Of a stretch of 64,000 nt of DNA, positions 41,901 through 46,307 are shown in pieces (within the stretch, counting starts at the first letter, position 1; each line of letters begins with the position of its first letter). A program made the translations under genes and the position numbers. This DNA comes from Candidatus Omnitrophota bacterium. GTDB lineage: Bacteria > Omnitrophota > Gorgyraeia > Gygaellales > Profunditerraquicolaceae. The stretch spans positions 72,947-136,946 of the forward strand of contig JAQUQW010000002.1 of NCBI GenBank assembly GCA_028716245.1, in the 5' to 3' direction. The notes under the pieces are model-generated. The model did no database searches. It saw only the letters and a list, made by a program, of their open reading frames with translations, and was not told where the DNA came from.

Positions 41901-42603
41901 GCATGTTGAGTCCGGTATCCTTACCCGTCAAAATACGGTCAAACAGGGCGGAACAGCCACTATCCGTTATCGCGCCGCCGGCAGCGGGCTTGCGCCGGTC
42001 TTAAACGTTTATAACCCTAAGGATGTTTTGCTTCTTGCGAATAAGCCGATGAAAGAAATAGGTGCGACCGGTGTTTATGAATATGACCTGACTTTCCCGA
42101 TTTCCTGGGGCACGGGTGATTTCTCGGTAATCTGTTCTGAATCCACCAAAGGCACGGCAGACGCCTTGGTCATGACCGTTACCCAGTACGATATAGAAAC
42201 CGTCTCCAATAATGTTGCGGCTGTGTTGGGTAATACCGGAGGATTAACTAACTTAAAGGACGTTACTGCTACATTAAGCAGCCAATTTGATAGTATGGAT
42301 AAAATACTGGCCCAGATCAGCAAAGATGTTGCCGGTAAGCTCGGAGAAGCCAAGGGCGCGGTCAATGACCTGGCCGTTGCCTTTAAACAGCTGGAGGACA
42401 TGAGCAAGCAGATTAAGAATATCGGCGGGACAAAAGGCATCAATTTGGAAAAACTTTATGAAGTTTCCAAGGATAAGAAAGCGGACCTCGAGTATTTGAA
42501 GAATAAGAGCGAAGAATTAAAGGCGACCATGGAATTGAATCAGAAGATGCTGGAAAATGCCGGCAAGAAACCGGTAGTGCAGACCTGGTTTGAATTTAAG
42601 TAA
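26980..42603 (+). CDS. giant (5,207 aa) cell-surface protein with signal anchor, BNR/beta-propeller repeats, Gly-rich beta-helix-like regions, FN3-like and many Ig-like domains, and a C-terminal coiled coil
   Basis: Single uninterrupted 15,624-nt ORF with a GGAGG RBS. It has an N-terminal TM anchor and an Asp-box (STDNGATW) with 53-aa propeller-blade repeats. Long Gly/Ala-rich stretches resemble parallel beta-helix/GLUG-like repeats. Dozens of ~100-aa Ig-like (Big-type) units carry recurring TITLTATDA / VTAKD motifs. Confidence 0.85.
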   Translation: MSNRQKAKIATRVILVMLFTAAFGMFLSYLYHHSIEAVETNSVVISNPTATTANASQRKLARATNGDLYAVYARLDGANQQIYYAKSTDNGATWIEQGKAHADVAAEQKEPAIAIDSSDNLYIAWAGKGWGTNTANFNIKYRKYNKATALWDTQESVTDAAYDQFAPALALDSSNNIHVAWYGKGWGTNTANNNIQYRKRTTSWQTQESVTDAAYDQFAPALALDSSNNIHVAWYGKGWGTNTANNNIQYRKKTASWQKQESVTDAAYDQLSPSLALDSADYVYAVWAGKGWGTNTTIDNIEYSKRATLSTDWAANRESVTDSASAQLSPSLALDSADYVYAVWAGKGWGTNTANNNIQYRKRTTAWQGQSGITDLASDQTNPTLFWHPQPTIFTSVKTNIITSGHSFIWTTGSGVKFYASDGIIFPKVYFVLSPANSTPTVGSSTDVTITAAKKDAANADVTVTDYNVATTVSVSADGAAKFTAPSSGNPISLRDIDWKSGAASVTITDDTAQSVTVKAADQNNASITGTTSVSFQPTAADKLLLNHPAAIDAGTRAAYIVTLADARNNNVNAGSGGQVIYLFTTSASANAKFYNAASGGKAITSVTIPSGSSLASAWYYDDTAGTYTITASDASPANGAIGLADAQDTIKVNPAADLSKKYKIKFDNDEAEIGDFRAKDFKPHVKMKRWGEECYFSIEFPESKIPAKDKSVGVEADKIKWKSPDSEAHFYKKGSKQISAKDNKGKSRGFLKNESGALEFEVVLDKKPASNIISLPIETKGLKFYYQGPLTAEEIKQGIVRPDEVVGSYAVYHESKNDGAYNTGKAFHIYRPKVIDATGNTIWGQLDIDAVKGALTITIDQSWLNSAAYPVTIDPEFGYMSIGSSSIPLNNITRGSKFTALVMTPATIGAYLGNTDATASHTAKFAIYKASDSSLAGQTQEVTIPASSTGWYTGVYIVGPSLTAVDYALVAKASTADIMMYFDSGTANQGVSQASVYSDAWPPTASFTSDNYKYSIYDPADITPPTLSNLILYGNVSGSSAYVNGTAQDNQMAKAKVTLSDDTSITLDIQFSEDGSTWGIYNGVANGAGSNSTTGGSTWTAGTYVTVPGITTTPTATNINVNASGAYAATGNGVWKFTTDGAKTLYVRIRDASGNVTSGYVTLPADDLTGATSLTSANCGTLSGGVWNATTSKCDWTPVNGATISGNYSNVGVFTVTSGYTVNLTAGTPLKVHGVTANIAGNLNGDYAGYTGGAGGLKTNWPTGATGGYGGINGGGIGGTANSSPNSSGGGGGGGGYGTAAGSGGSGDAAGGAAGGAGGPILASSTLNGIDINMGAGAGGGGGGGGGDTLLGINGYQGNSGGGAVYLYASTTATVSGTISMNGGAGGAGGAGGGSTDGCYSNRAGNGGGGGGGGAGGGILINGNAVTVSGTLRTNGGAGGAGGAGGDVGCSTGGAGGNLGGSGRIKVFGGSYTITNATFSATGYNTTYNCTSTNSICNSGTIYTQNLPVLASITLDSTAPAGGSITYADGKTSSTSTTITLVDGTDALSGISSKILQRASATYTNDSVGVYSSFSMLATNPVSPYTDSTITAGNAYKYQYVVTDAAGNSAVYASASVVKVFGAINNYLVSATTPQAGGIGWSETVTAKDISGNIVTTAANTATMSSSSANVKFYTNNTYTTQTTTYTLSSGAVTIYVQDTPAVPETITLTATDAALKTGTSGNITVNYPSPAPVAPPAGYTTKYAQPMFVWNAPSGYTVQQYALSIDGGADITGITNTYYRYTGVNLSNAAHTWQVKAQIGGLWTSYCATVNFTVNTASTANDITVSTAVTWDGTKIYDDVTITGTGSITHSANTATKTNWLNLISMGSVMINSGGFIDVSGKGYSGGNGPGPGVTWLGYPTGGGAHGGNGGASASAGGVAYDNVLIPADMGSSGGSDNISNSNGPAGGGFIKLNVSGTLTNNGSIIANGNNGVIQTSVYGTGAGAGGGMYLLTGTLAGSGAFAANGGNGYVGTGYVGGGGGGGRIAAYYTTYSYTGSATATGGTGANAGGTGTIYGLIDHYVFTVTSPQSAGTGFTATVTAKDVNNTTIPSGANITLTTTGSAKFYTDNTYITEKIPATYTLVSGVSPTIYIKDNVVQNIILTATGNGISTASSAITVNPGNLDHFTITSYPTSTTAGDNFGANNVVVTAYDAVNNVKTNYTGSVYFTSTDAQAVLPYTSASKYTFIGGDNGTHTFAGTGFTLKTTPSETITVTDGTISQVSSAITVNPAATLGSFTIAGFPATTTAGVPFASPANDVVVTAKDTYNNVKTNYTGSVYFTSTDAQAVLPYTSASKYTFIGGDNGTHTFAGTGFTLKTTPSETITVTDGTISQVSSAITVNPAAIASYVISATSPQTAGVGWSGSVTAKDAFGNTVTTDPGTVVTLSSASSAKFYASLTNANSDTGGSATLSYTLSSGVIPIYVRDNKVEAIALTATDALTKTGTSSAISINVAPANKIVFTSAAQTLVAGTVSTAYTVQVQDQYGNLRTSDALALTLGSNSTTGAFDTSAAGAFNGTVTSITTVNGIGTFYYKDTVTGSPAITVAYTGLTSGTQTQTITAGAITPTITSASYKAGATPNTTVAFTAANPIPIGGKIKVTFDQDYDLSGVLGVVSGNTGATVTVSDQTLIINVGTAISAGSPVSIVVSGIKNPLILGITGTYAVKTYTVADVLIDQGTAAVNTIVAPIITLLTPSAAGITLGDTQSYPITWSYDGAISNNLSLYYANEGGLVYPATPNIASAVTNSGTYTWVVPDDPRLATKVKIEDIFYQIMKDTTDTQFNAGTQSNTVVSGTGNAAGVVLLPGSAPYSSSGIYTSRSLDTGTGGAQSFGKLEWTANVPAQCGANAVKFQVAANNDNATWNFVGPDGTAATYFTVSGTSISSTLNGLRYIKYKAYLATADINYTPTLQEVKVGFASPTSANRVISSESANTFVMAGRTSVYYLSAPADIVAGTTAQYTLTRKDSNGTLVTVGNEAATLASTSTGANKQFRATAGGAALSPSQITIPDGSSAVTFYYYDEKMGTYSITASRTGVTSATDSINVLHAAADHLRFQSNITTPQKAGASFMLPLLEAVDQYGNILTGDYGATAYAGTKTISYSLSGLANAPNGTPNDSWTTSVPFTNGTSNVATNLITTLYRAQTTSIIPNDPLLPALTANVASNAIVVNPELAVTLKFTQQPSATSLINVALAVQPKVNIQDTYGNQTHDTTAVTLYDSTLNTSYLDGTGTISAVANPVSAVDGLVSFSGVKYSGFPTSASSTIYLYAQAAGLAPAYSTAITFNVASTSTVSAVTVPVANFNLIPTNDTQAKKFAVLKFRVNDTGDDGIPTLIDGIKVDIGGTGLNASTDIAWAELYDDTAAASVSSVTGAAITNTQILFGAAANNDSLAGLTSIASGTSRNYTVYIYMKPSKLTAVEGNTYTFNINETGVYADLGYSSKMAGNSAAVTPVIGTIQVDTSHIEVVSDTGASSLSLTAGVGANIILRATDANKNIDSNYTGNHTFVFSGLNPVTTYNPMVDATNFGVNKTIGFTNGVSTTALLKAYKKETGTVSVTESGQSYLCHTLSANVAAASVSKISIASGNSQTTAINTALLQPYVAFISDLYGNPVSAVSATFGIASVPSGATGQLLSVVPASSDVNGQISTILTTGNLAGTYVVSATSVGLTGSPLSFTSNVLAPTAMSKISGDNPLGKKVTEILAPFVIQVVDATSTPIPNVTVNFAITSTPSGATGALSAAQAVTDNNGQASTILTLGNKTGTYTVTASYLSYTQTFTVTANPQPPYKVVLSGPSSVNAGDASTVFTLNIQDQYSNASPVSANTVFNLTNSPSTTGGFYSDSGATISLGTQITVAGAASSNTFYYKDTVTGAPVITAARFSGDTLTTVSASVPLSVVPAGLSYFKVSAADTSVMTTGGSRAITVTAYDLQNNIKTDVSTVNVVFSGANSSPSASAPTCTNNLAADTAFGTSTALNFVNGVATTTFKAYKAEVTHIKATAGAATTSDINALNITVKHGAANHLKFSAAFTEPQGGFQAGVGFTLSVLNGVDLYDNICDGANGATAYSGTKAITYALSGTANAPDGSAQDTYTNSVVFNAGLSTSTLNTTLYRAQTTSITASDALLTGINAASGSIMVNPKPVSKLFFTQQPSTASLTNVALTQQPIVSVADMYGNAVTSAVDQVTLKASTTTGIYTAATNGTLSGTALSVNLVNGKAVFSGIKYSYPETIYLKASAANAAVVDIYSFGIAFGTATDGTLTAGPLVEPAEISSTVDSDGARVNIFDFKVSDAGTDGYGIPIKQIRINRNTLADTTGGWSTYIAGAKISDGTTTLLGTITDNVLTFGAGTSTIYTVADAGNKTFTLSIYLKQSLPVGADGKFLGFSINPNTDITVDAVGSQFTTATALTSSTKVQVTITKFMVSASASSMLAGNGIAINIKGTDINGNIDTDYIGDKEIIFSGASVASTGTNPTCTNYSAVGINFGGITLVSFAAGQSSSTITMKLYKAETAVIKATTSDSLFTTSAADALNITVTGGVASKLSWNTQPVATVAANAPWSAFKVSVVDAYGNTASSAINVTVAPTGGTLSAAATAQVAAVSGIATFDNFAVYCAAYPGTVTLNATAAGVTASGASNNVTVGEKYAITMKAFDSVNGSPLTEVTLKIIDSNTGLLVSGLTNPIIGNSPFSFNLPYGKYSFNFNKTAYVESTVNKTADVPADAVDGAYDNNISWTVFLMSTAESLADYRVLSNFVYDETNDRITGLVRLEKRGKQITSDAINTLRTSALNIFDSSDAVNPKYTASLATSDANGNYYFNIDNAVAAKGFVKGRDYFAKMTILYGGVDLSTNVTYSAANDFTISVMSTLNTLANQIVASVASEGALTRSQLTSTIESTAAATQAQVAQVSTQAAQILTATGTTIPAQITTAQTAVTDTIATKVEPHVESGILTRQNTVKQGGTATIRYRAAGSGLAPVLNVYNPKDVLLLANKPMKEIGATGVYEYDLTFPISWGTGDFSVICSESTKGTADALVMTVTQYDIETVSNNVAAVLGNTGGLTNLKDVTATLSSQFDSMDKILAQISKDVAGKLGEAKGAVNDLAVAFKQLEDMSKQIKNIGGTKGINLEKLYEVSKDKKADLEYLKNKSEELKATMELNQKMLENAGKKPVVQTWFEFK
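27439..28086 (+). repeat. intragenic tandem repeat array (159-174-nt units encoding propeller-blade repeats), copies 1 and 2 near-identical
   Basis: CAGGAATCCGTGACCGACGCTGCGTATGACCAATTCGCGCCG... recurs at 27439, 27598 and 27757 with a 159-nt period. Copies 3 and 4 share a further near-identical ~78-nt segment (27788-27866 vs 27959-28037). Confidence 0.9.
30847..30870 (+). repeat. (GGT)8 triplet microsatellite encoding poly-Gly inside the giant gene
   Basis: Perfect GGT x8 run. Similar runs occur at 31201-31221 (GGT x7), 31291-31320 (GGCGGCGCC units) and 33037-33054 (GGC x6). Confidence 0.9.
33571..34130 (+). repeat. 333-nt tandem duplication of an Ig-like domain unit with a 227-nt block that is 100% identical
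   Basis: 33571-33797 is identical to 33904-34130. The encoded peptide VKTNYTGSVYFTSTDAQAVLPYTSASKYTFIGGDNGTHTFAGTGFTLKTTPSETITVTDGTISQVSSAITVNPA occurs twice. Confidence 0.9.
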
Positions 42604-42610
42604 GGACAGG

Positions 42611-42680
42611 AATAAAGGGACCGTTTCTATTTTTTAATAATAGAAACGAAGAAAAAAATAGAAGCGGTCCCTTTATTTTA
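42611..42680. repeat. family-3 long inverted repeat immediately after the giant-gene stop
   Basis: AATAAAGGGACCGTTTCTATTTTTT at 42611-42636, a 19-nt spacer, then AAAAAAATAGAAGCGGTCCCTTTATTTT. The spacer contains a partial extra arm copy (ATAGAAACG). Confidence 0.8.
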
Positions 42681-42735
42681 GAAACTTATTGAATATAGAA
42701 AGTTTCCTTGGTAAAATAAGCCTTGGAGGATTATT

Positions 42736-43422
42736 ATGAAAATTGGGAAGCTTGCTTTCCTATTTTTTGTTTTGGGCCTGTTATTATGCCAACCCGCGCA
42801 GGCAGGGATCTCAATGCGCCTTATGGCGTTAAATCCCGCGGATTCGGTACAGACGGTTACGATTAAAGCTTATCTTCCCCTGGAGGTAAAACCCGAGGAT
42901 GTAATTTATAAAGACGATCTGGAGGTTATTTACGATACTCAACAGGGCAGTTATTATGTTTACGGAGAATATGAGCTTAAGCCCAAAGAGGTCCTGGAAA
43001 AAGAAATAGAGTTAAGGGATATCTGGGTAATCGATGCTTCCCAGATAGCGATGATCCGCCAGGAGGCCAAAGAGATCCTGGAAGGTTTTAAGAAAACAGA
43101 TTCCATGGAGCGGGCAACGGTTCTTTACAATGGCATAGATAAGAAATTAAAAGATGTGGAACAGATGCAAGCCATCGCATCTGCCAGCCCGGGCTACAAG
43201 ATATCGAATTACCGCAATAGCATGACTCTTTTAAATTCCGCAAAAGCCGACCTGCTGGCGGCAAAGACGCTGTTAGCCGAAGTTACGCCCAAGGGAATGG
43301 CCAAGCTTACCTGGAAGATTATTTTATTTATCATTATATTTCTGGGTATTTTGGCCGCCGGGTTCTTTTTTGTCTGGCAGCGCCAGAGCAAACTGGAAGC
43401 GGAACAAAAACCCCCCGAATAA
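42736..43422 (+). CDS. exported protein with C-terminal membrane anchor (hypothetical)
   Basis: Signal peptide (LLCQPAQAGIS), a soluble domain and a C-terminal TM segment (LTWKIILFIIIFLGILAAGFFFVW). No recognisable catalytic motif. Confidence 0.5.
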   Translation: MKIGKLAFLFFVLGLLLCQPAQAGISMRLMALNPADSVQTVTIKAYLPLEVKPEDVIYKDDLEVIYDTQQGSYYVYGEYELKPKEVLEKEIELRDIWVIDASQIAMIRQEAKEILEGFKKTDSMERATVLYNGIDKKLKDVEQMQAIASASPGYKISNYRNSMTLLNSAKADLLAAKTLLAEVTPKGMAKLTWKIILFIIIFLGILAAGFFFVWQRQSKLEAEQKPPE

Positions 43423-43435
43423 ATATCATGAGAAT

Positions 43436-43551
43436 AAATAGGGACAGCGACCATTTTTCCCATTCTTTCCGTCATTCCCGCGTAAGTGGGAATCTGATCC
43501 CCGCTTTTGCGGATATGACAATTTTGAAAAAATGGTCGCTGTCCCTATTTA
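43436..43551. repeat. REPIN-like element F (family 1) with an extended 65-nt spacer containing two additional small hairpins
   Basis: Left arm at 43436-43460 and right arm at 43526-43550. The spacer has ATTCCCGCGTAAGTGGGAAT and CCGCTTTTGCGG hairpins. The right arm encodes residues KKWSLSLFI of the downstream signal peptide. Confidence 0.8.
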
Positions 43552-44297
43552 TTTTGTTTTTTATCCCAGCCTGTGCCTGGGCTGAAGTGAGCACTTCGCT
43601 TTGGCAGACCAAAAAATCCCAGCATTTTATTATTTATTATCAGGAAAGCGCCGATGATTTTGTCAATGAGCTGGATGTTTCAGCGGAAAATTATTATAAC
43701 AGCATCGTCGAAGAATTAGGTTTCCGCCGGATGGATTTCTGGAGCTGGGATGACCGGGCAAAGATATATTTATTCAATAACAGCGCCGATTATTTAAATG
43801 AGACCGGCGGCTTGGCCTGGAGCGGGGCGCAGGTTTCGGTAAAGCTACGCACGATCAAGACCTTTATCGGCCAGGAGACTTTTTTCGATTCTATACTTCC
43901 GCATGAGCTGACGCATATAATCTTCCGGGAATTTATCGGTACCAAAACAGAGCTGCCGCTTTGGCTGGATGAAGGTATCGCCTGTTCTCAGGAAAAAAGC
44001 AGCCTGATTTCGCGGATGGATTCAGCCAGGGCGCTGGTTAAGCAGGATACATATTTAAAATTTGATAAACTCTTCCAGATATATAACTCCACGCTTATCG
44101 TGCCGAATGTATTTTATTCCGAGTCCGCATCGATTATCGTTTTTTTGCTAAAAAAATATGACCGGGAATTATTTTTGGATTTCAGCCGGAAGCTTCGCGA
44201 CGGCATGCAGTGGAAAAACGCCCTTTTAAACACGTATCATTTTTCAAATTTTGAAGAAATGGAATCTGCCTGGAAGGATTTTATGTTGAATAAATAG
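43515..44297 (+). CDS. secreted putative zinc metallopeptidase (HExxH ... E)
   Basis: Signal peptide MTILKKWSLSLFILFFIPACAWA. HELTH plus a downstream LDEGIA is consistent with a gluzincin-like fold, but family assignment is uncertain. The stop TAG at 44295-44297 lies inside the REP arm. The ORF track start at 43428 would include the whole of REPIN F. Confidence 0.5.
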   Translation: MTILKKWSLSLFILFFIPACAWAEVSTSLWQTKKSQHFIIYYQESADDFVNELDVSAENYYNSIVEELGFRRMDFWSWDDRAKIYLFNNSADYLNETGGLAWSGAQVSVKLRTIKTFIGQETFFDSILPHELTHIIFREFIGTKTELPLWLDEGIACSQEKSSLISRMDSARALVKQDTYLKFDKLFQIYNSTLIVPNVFYSESASIIVFLLKKYDRELFLDFSRKLRDGMQWKNALLNTYHFSNFEEMESAWKDFMLNK

Positions 44298-44315
44298 GGA
44301 CAGCGACCATTTTTC
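44292..44315. repeat. family-1 REP arm (left) upstream of the RAYT gene
   Basis: AAATAGGGACAGCGACCATTTTTCC. It has no local partner; its inverted partner lies 3' of the transposase gene. Confidence 0.85.
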
Positions 44316-44412
44316 CTTCAGTCGTTCTTTGATAGATTAGCTTAAATATTTTAGTTAGATTTCCTTTTTTCTGGCGTCTATTGATAATAGAAGAAAGGGA
44401 GGAAAAACTAAT

Positions 44413-45084
44413 ATGCCTAGAATTGCCAGAGTTGTAGCGATAGGTCAACCTCACCACATTACACAAAGAGGTAACTATCGGCAAGACGTATTCCTTAACG
44501 CGGATAACCGAAAACAATACCTTGCCTGGATTAATGAATATAGCGTAAAATACGGGGTTCTCGTTTTGGCCCATTGCCTGATGGCAAATCATGTTCACTT
44601 TATCGCTATTCCTAATGAAAGCGATTCGCTGGCTAAAACATTCAATACCGCTCATATGCGTTATTCCCAGTATTTTAATAAAAAGTTGAAGCAGAGCGGG
44701 CATCTTTGGCAGGGACGTTTTTATTCTTGTGTGTTGGATCAATCTCATCTTATACTTGCCGCTCGTTATATTGAAAGGAATCCTGTGCGCGCAGGACGCG
44801 TAGAGAAACCTTGGCAGTGGCCATGGTCAAGCGCCGCCGCCCATACGAATAGGAAGGATAATAAATCGATTGAGTTTGGGGATCTTCTCGGGATTATCGG
44901 CATGTCAAGCACCGCGTGGGAAAAATACATTGATTCCGCGGAAGAGGACAATTTTTTACAGGATATAAGAAAGCATACGTATGCCGGTCGTCCCCTCGGG
45001 GCGCCGGAATTTACTATAGGTTTAGAGGAAAAATGTGGTAGAAGGTTATGCGCGTTACCGATAGGGAGGCCAAGAAAAAGCTAG
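44413..45084 (+). CDS. REP-associated tyrosine transposase (RAYT; IS200-like Y1 HUH transposase), copy 1
   Basis: 223 aa with HUH motif (ANHVHFIAI) and a conserved C-terminal Tyr-helix region (YIERNPVRAGRV). Inverted family-1 REP arms lie 97 nt upstream and directly after the stop. Confidence 0.85.
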   Translation: MPRIARVVAIGQPHHITQRGNYRQDVFLNADNRKQYLAWINEYSVKYGVLVLAHCLMANHVHFIAIPNESDSLAKTFNTAHMRYSQYFNKKLKQSGHLWQGRFYSCVLDQSHLILAARYIERNPVRAGRVEKPWQWPWSSAAAHTNRKDNKSIEFGDLLGIIGMSSTAWEKYIDSAEEDNFLQDIRKHTYAGRPLGAPEFTIGLEEKCGRRLCALPIGRPRKS

Positions 45085-45108
45085 AAAAATGGTCGCTGTC
45101 CCTATTTA
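45085..45108. repeat. family-1 REP arm (right) directly after the RAYT stop codon
   Basis: AAAAATGGTCGCTGTCCCTATTTA, the reverse complement of the arm at 44292-44315. Confidence 0.85.
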
Positions 45109-45123
45109 TTAAAGGAGGATTAG

Positions 45124-46002
45124 ATGCAGCAGGAGATTAATATTTTAGTAGTTGAGGATGACCCGTCCGCGGCCAGTTGTTTAGAGGCAGCTTTAAAACT
45201 CGCGGATTACCACGTTTGGCTAGCCGCCACTCCGCAGGAAGGCCTGGAACTCCTGCATTCAAATACATTTCCCGTGGCAATCACGGAGTTACGTTCACCA
45301 AAGATGAACGGGATCCAGTTTACCCGCCAAGCGCATAAAATTTCCGCGGGGACAAATATTTTGGTTTTAACGCCCTACTCTTTTGTCGGTTCAGCCATAG
45401 AAGCAATGGAGGAAGGGGCTTACGGTTATATCACCAAGCCTTTAAACAATTCAGAGATACGCATTGTAGTCGAGCGGGCGGTAGAAAGGTATTTTTTGCT
45501 TTCCACCAGTGATGAAAAAGACTATTTTGTGGACCTGGCCGTGCGCGACGGGCTCACCGGTTTGTTTAACCGACGGTATTTCAATGAGTTAATTAACGTG
45601 GAAGTCAACCGCGTAAAACGGTTCCCGACGGCATTATCCTTACTAATGCTTGACATCGATAATTTTAAAAACTATAATGATACCCAAGGCCATCAGGCCG
45701 GAGACGAATTGCTTAAGAGCGCGGCAAAAGTATTTAGGAATTCCGTGCGCGCGGTAGATATCGTCAGCCGTTACGGCGGAGAAGAATTTATTATTATACT
45801 TCCTCAGGCCGATAAAAAAGCCGCGCAGATTATCGCCGAACGCCTGCGGGTGCAGGTAAGTCTCTATCTTCCGACAACGGTAAGTATCGGCATTGCTACT
45901 TTGCCGGATGACGCCAGCGAAGTAGAACAGTTGATTGAAAAAGCGGACAACGCTCTTTATCAGGCAAAAAAAACCGGTAAAAACAAGTGGTGCGTAGCTT
46001 AA
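45124..46002 (+). CDS. REC-GGDEF protein (diguanylate cyclase) with Glu at the phospho-acceptor position
   Basis: GGDEF active site RYGGEEF with an upstream RxxD I-site (RAVD). The receiver has the acidic pair VVEDD, but the position aligned to CheY D57 reads VAITELRSPKMNG (E, not D). Confidence 0.8.
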   Translation: MQQEINILVVEDDPSAASCLEAALKLADYHVWLAATPQEGLELLHSNTFPVAITELRSPKMNGIQFTRQAHKISAGTNILVLTPYSFVGSAIEAMEEGAYGYITKPLNNSEIRIVVERAVERYFLLSTSDEKDYFVDLAVRDGLTGLFNRRYFNELINVEVNRVKRFPTALSLLMLDIDNFKNYNDTQGHQAGDELLKSAAKVFRNSVRAVDIVSRYGGEEFIIILPQADKKAAQIIAERLRVQVSLYLPTTVSIGIATLPDDASEVEQLIEKADNALYQAKKTGKNKWCVA

Positions 46003-46008
46003 AAAATT

Positions 46009-46233
46009 ATGCGTTTTGCGATTTTAGAGCCTAAAGGGGCAATCTGGCGGGGAATGGCTAAAAAAGTAAATCTGCCGGCGGCGGAGGGAGAAATGTGCGT
46101 GCTGGATTTTCACCAGCCTTTTGTAGCCCGGCTTAAAAAAGGCAATATTGTTTTTTCCAATACGCGTATCGCGATAAAAGACGGAATCGCCTTTATGCGT
46201 TCGAATAACCTGACGGTTTTTGCGAATAAATAG
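46009..46233 (+). CDS. atpC: F-type ATPase epsilon subunit, N-terminal beta-sandwich domain only
   Basis: 74 aa. AEGEMCVLDFHQPFVARLKKGNIVF matches the epsilon GE.GILPGHAPL...L.PG core. The C-terminal helical hairpin is absent. Confidence 0.6.
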   Translation: MRFAILEPKGAIWRGMAKKVNLPAAEGEMCVLDFHQPFVARLKKGNIVFSNTRIAIKDGIAFMRSNNLTVFANK

Positions 46234-46235
46234 AT

Positions 46236-46299
46236 AAATAGGGACAGCGACCATTTTTTCTTGGTCGTTTAGATAAAAAATGGTCGCTGTCCCTATTTA
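46236..46299. repeat. REPIN-like element H (family 1) between epsilon and c subunit genes
   Basis: Arms are at 46236-46260 and 46275-46299. The spacer contains the inner mini-hairpin CGACCA...TGGTCG. Confidence 0.85.
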
Positions 46300-46307
46300 A
46301 TTAACCT

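Noticed and set aside
43428-43514. ORF-track start at 43428 for the metallopeptidase-like gene, which would give the N-terminus MRINRDSDHFSHSFRHSRVSGNLIPAFAD
   Set aside because: That extension is the translated REPIN F and has no RBS. The in-frame ATG at 43515 yields a canonical signal peptide, so the extension is probably not translated. This remains uncertain without expression data.
44281-44748. Minus-strand ORFs 44281..44748, 46024..46254 and 53880..54188, whose N-terminus reads MVAVPIY
   Set aside because: The MVAVPIY peptide is simply the reverse-strand translation of the REP arm (AAATAGGGACAGCGACCAT). All three ORFs overlap well-supported plus-strand genes or intergenic REPINs and have no recognisable domains.
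46009-46233. Possibility that the 74-aa ORF is not an ATPase epsilon subunit but an unrelated small protein
   Set aside because: I retained the epsilon call. The GE-x-x-VL-x-x-H-x-P and L-x-x-G motif spacing matches the epsilon N-terminal beta-sandwich, and the gene sits at the head of the ATPase cluster. Confidence is only moderate because the C-terminal domain is missing and the position in the operon is non-canonical.
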